A stretch of 64,000 bases of DNA. It comes from Heteronotia binoei. Its lineage: Eukaryota. The notes below the pieces were generated by a model. That model was given only the letters and a program-made list of their open reading frames with translations, was not told the DNA's origin and searched no databases. The stretch covers positions 22,692,001-22,756,000 of the forward strand of contig NC_083228.1 in NCBI RefSeq assembly GCF_032191835.1, in the 5' to 3' direction. A program made the translations under genes and the position numbers. Positions 45,300 to 58,279 of the stretch are shown one piece after another (positions within the stretch are counted from its first letter, which is position 1; each line of letters begins with the position of its first letter).

Positions 45300-46240
45300 A
45301 GCCCACCTAATTTTGCTGCAGGATTGGAGACTGTGGCTGGATGGTTGAGGCAGAGCCAGTTGAGACCAAATCCATTAAAGATGGCGGTCCTGTGGCTGGG
45401 GGAAATGATCCGAGGTTGAGTGCCAACTCCCAGCTCTTGATGGTGTGCTATTAACACTGGCATTGACCGTCAAGAGCCTTGGTGAGCTCCTGGATTCCTC
45501 CTTACCTATGGAGGCCCAGGGTGGCATTTTTCCAACTGCACTACATCAGGCAACTAGCCCCCTTCTCTCTTGCCCCAACTTTGCCACAGTGATCCATGCA
45601 ACATTCACCTCAAGGTTGGGTTACTGTAACTCACTACATCAGGCTACCCTTGAAGCAGACCAGGAAACTACAGCTTGTCCAAAACATTGTGGCGAAGGTA
45701 CTTACAGGTACCCCAATGCCATCACACATTCAGCCTGTGCTTCACCAGCTGCACTGGCTGCAGGCGGAGTACTAGATCCACTTAAAGGACTTGGTTCTCG
45801 CCTTTAAGGCCCTTAATGCTCTGGGACCAGTGTACCTTTGGGACAACCTCTTTTGATACTTCCCCCAAAGAATCTTGCACTTAGAAGATCAAAACCTGCT
45901 GGTGGCCTCTGGCCTTAAAGATATCAGGCTGTCCTCAACTAGAGTTCCAGGCTGATGGAACTCTTTTACTGGTGACATCCATGCCCTGCGAGACCTTGTT
46001 CAGTTCTGCAGGGCATGTAAAACAGAGATGTTCCACCAGCCTACGATTGAGGACAGCAAAGCTCTCATTATGGCCTCCTCCATCACTGGTCCCTGATCCA
46101 CCTGAAGGAGGGAGCAAAACATAATTTTAGGCCACTGTTGTCCTTGTGTTTTATTGTAAATTGAAATCAATTTTCTGTGCATGACCTTGAACCCTTCGGG
46201 GAAGAGTAGTCTATAAATTTAAACAACAACAACAATAATG
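45300..46240 (+). mobile_element. L2 ORF2 3' region and terminus
   Basis: FATVIHA..TSRLGYCNSL..KLQLVQN..HIQPVLHQLHWL motifs; ends tataaatttaaac(aac)n. Confidence 0.8.
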
Positions 46241-46776
46241 TCCCCCAGCTATGCAGCATTATCATTAAATGCCTCCCTAAGTTGCAGATGGGAAAAAAAG
46301 GAACATAAAAAAAGCATTCCAGAAAAGGCAACTGTATATGGGTATATTGGTGATAGATGCTTATCTTATGCAGACCTCAGGGACACAATCATTGAGACCC
46401 TGTTCAAGTGACAGCCAAGCTCTTGAGGTTAGGTTTGATTCCTGTTTGTTAAGTGACTCTTGTTAGAACAAATACCTGATAGAGAAGCCTTGGATGCTGA
46501 GAGGTTATCTACAGAGCAAGTTTGGAAGCATAAAACAGTTCCCCTGTGCTGGTGTCAGAAATCACTCCAAGAGGGGAGGAGGAACCAGCTAAAATCCAAA
46601 ATGTCCCCCCCCACACACACATTTGCCCCAGAAAGTCCTGAATACTCATCAGGTTTGAATAGAACTACCAAGGGGCTATATGCCCGCCCCGTTAAGAACC
46701 ACTCATCATTAATTAGTTTCGCATTGCAACAACTTTTACTTGGTTTAGCTTTTGCTAATGATAAGTGCAGGATGTA

Positions 46777-47001
46777 TTCTCTATGTAGGGAGTTTATTTT
46801 GCAGCTTTTTATGCTGATCATATTGTATCTACTTCGCCTGTCTGAATCTGATCCTAGGATAATGGTATAGATGTGTTATTATACGTTTTTGTCTGGGGGC
46901 AGGGGGAATTTAGGGTTAGGATTTTGTGAATATTTGACTGCACTTGTTGTATACTGTTGTTTTTTTTAAAGGTTTAATTAATAAAAGAGAATGGGAAAAA
47001 A
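46777..47001 (+). mobile_element. Short retroposed insert (L1-type 3' UTR) with 16-bp TSD
   Basis: ATAAGTGCAGGATGTA at 46761-46776 and 47002-47017; G-rich tract, AATAAA, short A tail. Confidence 0.75.
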
Positions 47002-47571
47002 ATAAGTGCAGGATGTAGCATTCTTGGAGGAAAAATACTAAGAGTCAAAAACTTCAACCTAGGAGACCATCGCTGTCCTATAAAGAAGACTTCAAATGCA
47101 CAGTTAGGCATTTATGTGCTATTGAATTTGTCCTGACAGAGGTAGGCAGTCTCTCTCTCTCTCTGCTGCAAAAAGGGATACTTCTCTGCACTTTTGGTTA
47201 CATAAGGATAAAATCTAATGTTTAGTATAGGATCAGGACTGGGGCAAGTACGGCATGCAGAAGAGGGAATTTTCTTTTTTAATCATCTAGAAAGAACTTG
47301 CTTTGATTTCTGTTTCTGGAAACATATACCTGATTGAGGACGGGAAAGGAATGACCGTGTTGTGACTCAATTCTGTAGCTGTAGTCCTGGTAGAATGCAG
47401 ATTGCAGCTGGCCCTGAGCATCTGTGGGGAGGGCACAAGGATTTCGCTAGATTCAAAGCCCGCATCCACTCCTCCCTGCTGCTTGTTAGGAGTAAAGAAA
47501 CACCACTGTGCCATGCGGCAGCAATTCCAAAGGGGCTGCATTGTTTTATTTTTGTTTTGTTGTCACTGCAG

Positions 47572-47752
47572 AGAAGTCGTCACGTTTAATCACTTCCTTG
47601 AGGAAGCTGCCGAGAAGGAGGTCCGTGGTAAAGCCAGGCTTCAGCACTTCATCGAGAATCTGCTGCAGCGAGTGGATCTGGCAGAAAAGCAGCTGGAATA
47701 TTATCAGAATCAGCAGATCGGGGCCAACTACAGTGATGTCAATGAAGACGTG
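47572..47752 (+). CDS. ZNF365: ZNF365 coding exon (181 nt)
   Basis: ctgcag|A GAA GTC..GAC GTG|gtaagc; EVVTFNHFLEEAAEKEVRGKARLQHFIENLLQRVDLAEKQLEYYQ matches human. Confidence 0.96.
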
Positions 47753-48052
47753 GTAAGCAGAAGAGGGGCTGAACCCCTTTTTGCTTGGGGGGGGGAGAGC
47801 AAGGGAATTTGTATGGGAATAAATGCACACAGAATGAATAAGCAGTTTGTTCGTTGTAGTGTGATAGGGTTTAAAAATGAAACAAAACCAGCTCTGTGCT
47901 TCTTTGGACCTGTTTTTTATTTGTATGTTCAGGTTTTGTTCTACATAAGCAGCAGCTAGAATATGGCCTGTGCTGTTCAACAGTAAAGGCACAAAGTAGA
48001 TATTTCTTACATTTTCCAACTGCTATTCCCACAAAGCGTTCATGGCAATATG

Positions 48053-48227
48053 CAGGGCTTTTTTTTGTATCAGGAACTCCTTTGCATATTAGGCCACACA
48101 CCCCTGATGTAGCCAATCCTCCAAAAGCTTACAAGGCTCTTCTTACTGGGCCTACTGTAAGCTCCAAGAGGACTGGCTACATCAGGAGCTAATATGCAAA
48201 GGAGTTCCTGCTACAAAAAACGCCCTG
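48053..48227. mobile_element. Palindromic hAT MITE
   Basis: Flanks GCAATATG / ATAATATG. Confidence 0.85.
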
Positions 48228-48837
48228 ATAATATGCATGATCTTCTCTCCCTGCATTTAAGGCCCAGATCCAGCAGAGCTTTTGCATAGTTGGAAGGACC
48301 TCTGCATACAGAATACTACTTTCTCACCTCCTCCTGTGGCCTAAAATGCCCCCTGAAATTCTGCTCCTGAGAAATAGGGGATCCCCAGGAACAGCATTTC
48401 AGGGGCCTTTTGGAGTACATCAGGGAGGTGAGAAACAGAGAAGGAAGATGAAAGCAAAGTTTTGTTGAGAGGAATTGTACTAATATTTTGGCTGGAGATA
48501 GAGTTGCCAGGCTGTGCCTGACTGCTGGCAGGAGGGTTGTGAGTGGGGATGGGGGGCGGGTCATGACACCATCTGTAGCACTATGTCATTCCAGACATAG
48601 GTAGTTCTAGGAATTACCGTCACTCTATGGTAAGAGTTTTCGACTATGCCTAGAGCTATGTATGTCACATCCATTCTTTTACCAGAAGTGATATGGCGCT
48701 GCACGTGGAACTGAAATTTATTTATTTTTCTCCCCCACTGCCACTCAGAGTGGTAGGGGGGCAAGGGATCCCCCACCCTCACTGGGGATTGGACTCCTAG
48801 CTGGAGAACTACCACACTCAAGCAATCCTACTAATGA

Positions 48838-49036
48838 CAGGAGGGCTCTTTTTGAGTAGGAATGCACAGGAACACAGTTCTAGCTGACTTGGCATCAGGG
48901 GTGCGGCCTAATATGCAAATGAGCTCCTGCTGGGCTTTTTCTTCAAAAAAAGCCCTGTGCAAAATGATGATGTCAGGGGTGTGGCCTAATATGCAAATAA
49001 GTTCCTGCTGGGCTTTTTCTACAAAAAAAAGCCCTA
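48838..49036 (+). mobile_element. Octamer-family hAT MITE
   Basis: Two ggcctaatatgcaaat..gttcctgctgggcttttt units. Confidence 0.75.
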
Positions 49037-49169
49037 ATAACAGGAATCCAATATAATGCCCAGGACTAAAAAGCCCAGAAATACAAGAGTCCAGTGTTCC
49101 AAAAACTGCACCCATTTTCCCCTCAAGTGAGTGAGGTGAGAGTCCAAAGAGGTAGAGTAAGTGAATAAA

Positions 49170-49701
49170 GAAGGGATCGGAGGGCGGAGGGAGTGATCCC
49201 AGCGCTTGCTTTAAGCATCAGAGGTGGAGCCAGGCAGACAGACAAGGAGGAATCACGCTGCCCTCTCCACAGCTGGCGCTCGCGAAGCGCTGGGTTTGCA
49301 GAGGGGGTGGGTGCTTCCTCCTTGCCTGTGTGCCTGGCTTCATCTGTGATGCTTAAAGCAAGCACTGGGATCGGAGGGCGGAGGGAGCGATCCCCGCGCT
49401 TGCTTTAAGCATCAGAGGTGGAGCCAGGCACACAGGCAAGGAGGAAGCACACTGCCCCCTCCGCAGCCGGCGCTCGCGAAGCGCTGGGTTTGCGGTGGGG
49501 CCACGTGGAGCGATCCCAGCGCTTGCTGCAAGAAGATGGAGCCAGGCAGGGAGGCGCGGGGGAAGCGCCGGATCGGAGGCAGAGGCAGTGGATCGCCCCC
49601 CCCCCCCAGGAAGGTACGTACCTTCGCTCCATAAGACGCACACACTTCCCCCCCACTTTTTTTGGGGGGGGGAAGTGCGTCTTATGGTCCAAAAAATACG
49701 G
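49170..49701. mobile_element. Tc1/mariner (Tc2/pogo-type) MITE end with GC-rich internal direct and inverted repeats
   Basis: Terminus gtgcgtcttatggtccaaaaaatacgg|TA; ~190-bp direct repeat (49174, 49368) with a hairpin. Other TIR not found. Confidence 0.55.
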
Positions 49702-50767
49702 TAGGTTATAACTGTTGTAGGAGAGTGTAGGAACTGATGGTTGTTGGTTCACTGCCTATTGCTTGAAATGTCAAATGCCCCTTTTAAAAGAAACACAGTG
49801 ATCAACAAAGAAATGTGATAATTGAGCAAGGTGTTTGTGTGTGTGTGTGTTTGGGTTGGTAGTCACACTATACTTCAAATGAGCCATGACTGCTAATTTG
49901 TTCAGGAGATGCAAAGTAGCAAAGGAAACACTTTCCCGTGATAAATGCCATGAAAACTGATGAGAAAGGTGAGATCTATTACTGGGCTGCTTCTGAGGAG
50001 TATGCCAGTGAATTGTAATGCATGACCTTACAGCCAGAGAGCAGGCGGTTTGTAGAGACTGCAGGTAGCAAATACTTGCAGTCACCTAAAGTTCAGTGCA
50101 AATTTTAGTGTAATCTTAAAGCTTTGAATGTAGGCAATACAATATAAGTAACTGGTACCAATGTACAAATGGAATATTTACAAAAACCACTGGTCAGCAA
50201 TAAAGATATTCACACTCCCAATGTGTGTACATGCATTTGATTTAGTGCCAGCATGTGTATATACCACAATTCCCATGGAAGCACAAGAAATAAAAGCTGA
50301 GAAAATAGAGCAGGGCAGCTTCCTGAGGATTTCCTCTTTCATTTAAAAACAAATGCACACTCACATGTTTCTTGCCTTTGTGGATGTGAAGATACACTTG
50401 ATGAAAGTATGTGGGCCATGCCTGATGAATCTCCCAAGACAGAGGGATGGATCATAAAACCTCTATCTCTTGGGGATGGGATGTCAGTGCCTTGCCTAGC
50501 TCTTCAATCCTCCCCGTGACCAGCAAAACCAGTAAAAGCTATGCAAAACAGTAAAAATCATGTAAAATAAGAGGAGCAAGCAGGGAACTTGTGATGAATT
50601 GGGGGTCGCATTCCCTACTGGCCCCCTTCCCCACTCTATCTCCACTTCTCCCCTTATTGGCTCCTGCTTTTCTAACAGTTTCCCCAGCTTCTACCCCATT
50701 TACTGTCCTCCAATTTGCCAGCTGCCACCTTTCCACTTCCATTCTTCCCAGTTGCCACTTTCCCTTC

Positions 50768-50961
50768 CAGCGTTCCCTCTAAGCTGCAGAGTCTTGTGAG
50801 CAAAAATTCTACTTTGTGAGCTGCTGGCATTGAAGTTGTGAGCTGCTGCATAAATTATTGTGCTCTGGGGTCATCCTTCCAGAGCTAAGACAAAAATGCA
50901 TGAGCTGGAGACTAAAAATATGTAAGCTAGCTCACGTTAACTCAGCTTAGAGGGAATACTG
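50768..50961 (-). mobile_element. hAT MITE (CAGTGTTCCCTCTAAGCTG family)
   Basis: Perfect TSD TTCCCTTC at 50760-50767 and 50962-50969. Confidence 0.9.
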
Positions 50962-51849
50962 TTCCCTTCCCATTTCCTCCTGATTCTCTTCCTCCTTTCC
51001 TCTCATAGCACCTGGGGCCTCTCCCTCTCCTATCCCTGAGTCTTGCCTTTGATACCCTCTCTGCCTCCAAAGGAGAGGAAGTAAAGCAAAACATAGTTAA
51101 AAAAAGAGCTAAGAATCTTATGAGATCTCAGCTGCCACTTTGTGTTTCCTGGGTGATGCTATCTGGAGTTGCCTAGGAAACCCAAAATGGCAGTCCATAT
51201 CTTGTAAAATCTGGCACTTTTACATTTTTGAGTCACATGATGGGGCCCCAATAGCTGTTAGATACATGATTATGTCAATACACAACATTCCATGCAGGTT
51301 TCTGCATTCAGTGATTCATGGTGCTGAACTGCAGCTTTTTAGTACAGTGTAACAGGCCTAAGTATATGTCCCTCCTGCCTAATGAGCAGGCATATCAATT
51401 CAATTAAACACATTTGCTGAGAAGTTCCCTCTAATAAATCAATAGCAGGAAGTTTCCTCACTGGAATTTTTCTCCATTCTCAGCTCTATTCACAGATCAC
51501 AAAAATGGCCCCAATTATGTGTTCATCTGATCTGGAATCAGTTTTAAGTCTCTGGGTGTGAAACCAGCACAAGTCTGAAAACACCCAGGAACTGGACCCT
51601 GGAAATCAAGGAAGCCATTCACACAACTGTCGAGGGAAACAACGTAAGGGTAGAAGAGGCTTCATGGTGGCAAGTTCCACCTTCAGATTATGCATAGTCA
51701 TTCAGCAATGTTGATGGGAACTATGTCTGTACCAGTGTATGCACACACACTTTCCCCTCAATCAGGATTATGTGGACAGGTGTCCACATGTGTATATTTG
51801 CATGCATGTAGGATCTCCACAAACCTTTGAATAAATGTGTGTAGGCTGG

Positions 51850-54800
51850 GATGGAGTTTGCTGAAATGATGTCAGGGAAAAGGGTGTTTGGTAACAGCCT
51901 TGCGAACCTAATGAGGGCTTTAAACTAAATTGTACGGGGGAGTGAGACAATAATTCAAAGCCTTGTATGATTCCAGAAACTGGGGATAAGAACATTAAAG
52001 ATTTGCAGAGAGTGGCACATACGCTAGGTAATGTTAACTTGCAGGTTTGTATGGAAACCAAACCCTCGGGATGCATAAAACGTGGATTCCGATGTCTCTA
52101 CACTAATGCACAGAGTATGGGAAACAAACAGGAGGAACTGGAAGTCCTAATAAAGGAAGAAGACTATGACATAATAGGCCTTACTGAAACGTGGTGAGAT
52201 GACACTCACAACTGGAATATTAGGATTCAGGGGTACAACTTATTTAAAAGGGACAGGCAAATGAGAAAGGGCAGAGGCACAGCAGTATATGTGAAGGAGG
52301 TATATACTGGTAAAGAAATATGTGAATCTGAGCATGGCAGCTCAGTTGAGAGTCTCTGGATAAAAATAAAAGGAGTAAGAAACAACAGTGACATTATTGT
52401 GGGGGTCTGCTATAGACCACCAAGTCAAACAGAGGACTTGGATGAGATACTTCTACAGCAGATTGCAGAGTTCTCCAAGAGAAGTGATACAGTGATCATG
52501 GGAGATTTCAATTATCCGGACATCTATTGGAAGTCCAACTCTGCTAAAAATGAAATGTCAAATAGATTCCTGACTGGTCTTGCTGACAACTTCCTTTTTC
52601 CAGAAAGTGAAGAAGGAAACAAGGGGATCTGCTATCTTGGATTTGATTCTCACCAACAAGGAAGAATTGGTTGAAGAAGTGGAAATAGTGGGCACCCTGG
52701 GCATGTGATTTTGGAATTTACAGTCTTAGGGAAGGGAAAAGCTATACGTAGTCAGACTTATATGTTGGACTTCAGAAAGGTAAACTTTGATAAACTTAGA
52801 ACTATGCTGGGTAAAATACCATGGTCAGAAATACTTAGGAGGAAGGGGGTTCAGGAGGGGTGGGAGTTTCTTAAAAGTGAAATACTGAAAGCGCACTCAC
52901 AGATGATTCCTATGAGAAGAAAAAATGGAAAAAGCCTAAAGAAGCCAAAGTGGTTCCATAAACAGCTCTCTAAAGACTTGAGAAATAAAAAAACCTCCTT
53001 TAGGAATTGGAAGGAGGGCCTTATAACCAAGGATGAATATAAACAAATCATCAGTGCTTGTAGAGAAAAAGTTAGGAAAGCTAAAGCTCAGTATAAGCCT
53101 AGGCTGGCCAAAGATGCTAAAAACAACAAAAAAAGAGTTCTTTTCTTATGTTCAGAGTAAGAAAAAGAGCAAAGACATGGTAGGCTCATTGCAAGGGCAA
53201 GAAAGTGAAATTGTAACAGGTAATAAAGAGAGGGTGGAACTGCTCAATTCCTACTTTTCCTCGGTCTTCTCTTCTGAGGGAAATGGTGCTCAACATGGTA
53301 AAAACAGAACATATAAGGAGGGTATGAAGTTCCAACCTAGGATCAGCGTAGGGGTAGTACATAAACACCTAGTTTCTTTAAATGAAACTAAGTCCTCAGG
53401 GTCAGATGAATTGCATCCAAGGGTTCTAAAAGCTTGCGGATGTCATTTCTGAGCCTCTGGCTATTATTTTTGAGAATTCTTGAAGAACAGGAGAGGTGCC
53501 GGAAGATTGGAGGCGGGCAAATGTTGTCCCCATCTTCAAAAAGGGGATAAAAGAGGATCCGGATAACTACTGACCCGTCAGCTTGACGTCTATACCTGGA
53601 AAAGTTTTAGAACAAATCATCAAACAGTCGGTCCTGGAACATTTAGAAAGAATGGATGTGATTACTAAGAGCCAGCATGGTTTTCTCACGAACAAGTCAT
53701 GTCAGACTAACCTGATCTCTTTTTTTGAGAAAGTGACTACCTTGCTGGATCGGGGGAATGCTGTAGACATCATTTATCTTGATTTCAGTAAGGCTTTTGA
53801 TAAGGTTCCACATACTATCCTTGTTGACAAGTTGGTAAAATGTGGTTTGGATCCTGTTACCATTAGGTGGATCTGTAACTGGTTGACAGATCGCACCCAA
53901 AGAGTGCTTGTAAATGGTTCCTCATCCTCTTGGAGAGGAGTGACAAGTGGAGTGCCTCAGGGATCAGTACTGGGACCTGTTTTGTTCAACATCTTTATCA
54001 ATGATTTGGATGAAGGAATAGAGGGAATGCTTATTAAATTTGCAGATGATACTAAATTGAGAGGGGTTGCAAACACAGAAGAAGACAGAAACAGGATACA
54101 GGATGACCTTGACAGGCTGGAAAACTGGGCTAAAACCAATAAAATGAATTTTAATAGGGATAAATGTAAAGTTCTGCATTTAGGTAGGAAAAATCCAATG
54201 CATGGTTATAGGATGGGGGAGATTTGTCTTAGCAGTAGTATGTGCGAAAAGGATCTAGGGGTCTTAGTGGATCATACGCTGAACATGAGTCAACAGTGTG
54301 ATGCGGTGGCTAAAAAGGCAAATGCAATTTTGGGCTGTATCAACAGAAGTATAGTGTCCAGATCACATGATGTGATGGTATCGCTTTACTCTGCTCTGGT
54401 AAGACCTCATCTGGAGTATTGTGTTCAGTTTTGGGGACCGCATTTTAAGAAGGATATAAACAAGCTGGAACAGGTCCAGAGGAGGGCAACGAAGATGGTG
54501 AGGGGTCTGGAGACCAAGTCCTATGAGGAAAGGTTGAAGGAGCTGGGGATGTTTAGCCTGGAGAGGAGGCGGCTGAGAGGTGATATGATCACCATCTTCA
54601 AGTGCTTGAATGGCTGTCATATAGAGGATGGTGTGGAATTGTTTTCTGTGACCCTGGAAGGTAGGACCAGAACCAATGGGTTGAAATTCAATCAAAAGAG
54701 ATTCCGGCTCAACATTAGGAAGAACTTCCTGACCGTTAGAGCGATTCCTCAGTGGAACAGGCTTTCTCGAGAGGTGGTGGGCTCTCCTTCCTTGGAGGTT

Positions 54801-54938
54801 TTTAAACAGAGGCTAGATGGCCATCTGACATCAATGAAGATCCTGTGAATTTAGGGGGAGGTGTTTGTGAGTTTCCTGCATTGTTCAGGGGGTTGGACTA
54901 GATGACCCTAGAGGTCCCTTCCAACTCTATGATTCTAT
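51850..54938 (+). mobile_element. CR1 LINE, 5'-truncated at the end of ORF1; near-complete but disrupted ORF2; 3' UTR with (CTATGATT)n tail
   Basis: ORF1 end GKRVFGNSLANLMRALN*; endonuclease motifs CLYTNAQSMGNKQEEL, GLTETW, VGVCYRPP, MGDFNYPDI; RT domain downstream. Confidence 0.95.
53583..54848 (+). pseudogene. Open 421-aa CR1 reverse-transcriptase segment (part of a disrupted ORF2)
   Basis: QHGF, YLDFSKAFDKV, GVPQGSVLGPVLFNIFIND and KFADDTKL motifs. Confidence 0.93.
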
Positions 54939-54939
54939 G

Positions 54940-55372
54940 AATAGAATAATAAAGTTGGAAGGGATCTTTAGGGTCATCTAGTTCAGCCCCCTGCACAAGG
55001 CAGGAAATTCACAAAAACCTTCTTCCCTACATCCAGTGACCCCTGCTCCATGCCCAGAAGATGGCAAAAATCCTCTAGGATCTTTGGCCAAACTGACCTG
55101 GAGAAAAATCGCTTCTTGAACCCAAAGTGGCAATCAGCATTTCCCTGGGCATGTAAGAAAGGGCCATGAGAACTAAGCATTGGTGCAACCCTTCCTGTCC
55201 TTCTCATGAACTGCCTGAGCATACAGAATCAGCATTGCTGTCAGATGGCCATCTAGCATCTGTTTAAAAACCTCTGAAGAAGGAGTGTCCATCAATTCCC
55301 AAGGAAGACTCATTTGACTGAGGAACTGCTGTAACTGACAGGAAGTTCTTCCTAATGTTTAGCTGAAAACAT
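54940..55372 (-). mobile_element. Second CR1 3' fragment, tail-to-tail with the previous CR1
   Basis: Reverse of a CR1 3' UTR and ORF2 end; forms a 63-bp inverted repeat with 54864-54926. Confidence 0.85.
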
Positions 55373-56063
55373 GTCATTTCCCTTCCTCCTCCCCCATACA
55401 TATTGTTTGTCTATACTGTTATGTGAATGACTGTGCCACGTGATTCAGAACGTGATCCAGTTCTGGGGTGAAACACTGCAGGAAAAGACCTATGGCTGTT
55501 TTTTTGGGGGGGGGGGCAGAGGAGGCATCTTTTTTGTTTGACAAGTCACAGCCAACTTATGGCAACCCTTTATGGTTTTCAGGGCCAAAGACTTTTCAGA
55601 GACAATAACTCTGGTATTCTTTGATCAAGCTAGACTTGATCAAGGGATCATGATCAAGCTAGGCTGGGCTTATCCACATTAGGGTGTCCTAGAGAGCTTT
55701 AACAATAGAAAGCAGCTTTTCAGTTAATACTTAATTTAGAAAAGAAATAGATAACAGATGATGAATTGGATCCAGAGAATTTCTGCATGCAGAAAGGTTA
55801 GGAGAATTTTTGCTGATTTCACCCTCCCCGTACAGAGCCCCCCCCCCCAAAAAAAATGCTATTCCTCAGGGGGGGCGGTTTTCCCTTGTTCCCCAGAAGT
55901 GTTATGAGGGGCATTTTGGACTGCAATGAAGGGGGGCAGTAAGAAAGTTGCACTCAGTGGGCAGAAATCCCTTCTGTGTGTGGGAATCATTTGATGAATC
56001 CAACTCAACTTATTTCCTACTTGTTTCTATAAATCTGAATAATGTGTCCATTTTGTCTTCCAG

Positions 56064-56101
56064 TTTACAGACATCTCATCCAGTAAGAAACCTCGATGCC
56101 T
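56064..56101 (+). CDS. ZNF365: ZNF365 38-nt coding exon (FTDISSSKKPRCL)
   Basis: ttccag|TTT ACA GAC..TGC CT|gtatgt; human LTDISSNRKPKCL. Confidence 0.93.
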
Positions 56102-56248
56102 GTATGTATGTCAGTTCAATGCCATAATAATATGTGAAATAACATTTCTGAATCACGTGCTGCTAAAACTACATTCTTTATCTTCTCTTTAATATATGCT
56201 TGACCATCTCTTCCTCCACCCCCTCCCTTTTTTTTCCTTTCCCACCAG

Positions 56249-56498
56249 CAGCCGGGGAAACCAGCATGCTTTTTACAACACCCCTGATGCGAAACCACAC
56301 TCTTTCCAGAAAGGACGACTGCACCTGAAGAAAACCAAGGAGGACAAAATGGGGGTCCATCCCATTAAACTCTTTTATGAACCTGTTGACTGTTCGAGGG
56401 AACTTTGGAGACCTCTGAAGAAAGGGGAGATGCCAAATGCCGCCCGAAAGGTTAATGTGAAATCAAAGATCAGTAAAAAAAGTAAACAGCTCTACTAA
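56249..56498 (+). CDS. ZNF365: ZNF365 last coding exon (to TAA)
   Basis: Polypyrimidine tract then CAG|CAG; SRGNQH..KGRLHLKKTKED..SRELWRPLKKGE resembles human SRGHPH..KGRNHLKKAKDD..SRDLCRPPKKGE. Spliced CDS is 1200 nt (399 aa). Confidence 0.92.
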
Positions 56499-58279
56499 GA
56501 GTCTATATAGAAATATATTATCTATCTAATCTATCTATATACACATAGTGCAAGAACTGGTGGCCGTAGGCTACTGCGAGTAGATATTCAGTCACATCCA
56601 TTGTCTAGTTGCTGTATCTTTCCCTGTTCATTTGGGTTACGATGATATATTTAATATATAATAATCGATACATAAATAGAGAACACTAATTTAACTGCCT
56701 CATTTCCAGGACTTTGGGTTGTCTACATGAGGTGCCACTTTATTTTTGCAAGAACATTCTTTAAATTAAGTCCCGCATTCCACTGTGCACGCACTCCTGA
56801 TGTCGACAGACGTTCTTTTTAAAAGTCTGTTTTGTTGCTTTAATTCGCAGGAGTTCCTTCCATTGGCACTTTGATGAAAGAGGTCTCTTTTGGAGGGGCT
56901 TGGGCCTGGACCAGGGAGGGGGGTTAGAGAGGATGCCACAATCCTCAGTGCACTGAGAGCTGAGCATCTCCCTCTGATTTGAGGGCGGAAACAGCATGGC
57001 AGCATTTTTGGGAGTACAATCAAGCAGGAGGGCTCTAAGTGGGTGACCTCCCCTCTTCCCTGCTGCCACCATCTCCTCCTATTCCCAGGGACAGACAGTA
57101 GGGAGGAACTGCTGGACTGTGGCCACTAGGGGCATTCTCCTGGTAGCCAGGAGGAGGCAAGCACAGGAGCCAATTGCTGCTGCTGGGAGGAAAACAGATG
57201 CTTTCATGTTGAGCAAAGAACAGTGCGAGAGAATCACAATGAGTCAATCAGGGGAGGGGCTCCTTCTGTTTCCTCCTGTGGCAGCATAGTTACTCCTGTG
57301 GTACAGACAATAGTACAGGAAAGCACTATAGTAATTATTTCTGTGCCTTGAGGGTCAGCACAAATGCAGCCGTTTGTTTGTTTATTTATTTATTTATTAT
57401 CCCTCTCCTTCCCCAAAGGACCACCCTTTTCATGGCACTCAGGGTGACATAATGGTGGATTACCTCTTTTTATCCTCCAGGTTTGGGCTGATGAGAGAGT
57501 GACTGGCCCAAGGAGTGTCAAAGCTGAGTAGGGGATTTGAACTCAGGTCTCCCAAGACCAAACATTATATTCAAGGTATGATGCTATATATCTTAGAGCA
57601 AAGGTCTTTAACCTTTTCCAGAGGTGGGACTTAATTTTAATGTCCAATGGCAGCCTGGGACCTACTGAGCTGCAGGCACATGACAGGAAGTCCTGTGACA
57701 TGATTCTGCATGTCAGGAAGACAGAATCATATGAGGTGTACGATACAATGTAGGCTGCAGTCTGACTAGTGCCTTGGAGAATCTTAGCTTTCTAAATGGG
57801 ATATGAGGGTAATAAAGATGTAGCCAGAAATTTTTCCCTAGTGTAGCAGCCCAGCTTCGAGACAGTAATTGAAATTCCAAAATAGAAGAAGCGCTCTACC
57901 TCACCTGTAGCCCATGGAAGGAGACCAGTTTCACCAAGATATTCATGCAGGCAGCCCTGGATGTGAGACCATTTGAGAATCCTAGGAATTGGGCTCCATG
58001 GGGAAAGGTGTGATAGAGATATATAATGCATTCATTTTTTTAAAACTGCAGATAGGATATAGAGTTTGCTTAATCATTAGATTGCTATTCTTGCATCAGA
58101 TGGGCTGGTTCATCAAGGAGCCCCCTTAAAGTAGGCTTTTAAAAAAATCCTGCATAGGATTCTGCTGAGAGGTTCTAGACCCACCAACAGCCCCTTCTTG
58201 CCATACAGCAGCTAGGATACAGATGAATGATGTCCAGTAGCAACAGTGCACCCTCAAAAAACATGTTCCCCAGCTATAT

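Noticed and set aside
46908-46921. Interstitial telomeric sequence
   Set aside because: Only two TTAGGG units, inside a G-rich retroposed 3' UTR.
47402-47959. 185-aa ORF as an independent gene
   Set aside because: It is ZNF365 exon 3 plus in-frame intronic flanks.
51850-54938. Active autonomous CR1
   Set aside because: ORF1 mostly missing; ORF2 has stops and frameshifts upstream of the open RT segment.
57118-57136. CTCF site in the ZNF365 3' region
   Set aside because: CCACTAGGGGCA is one G short of the core spacing.
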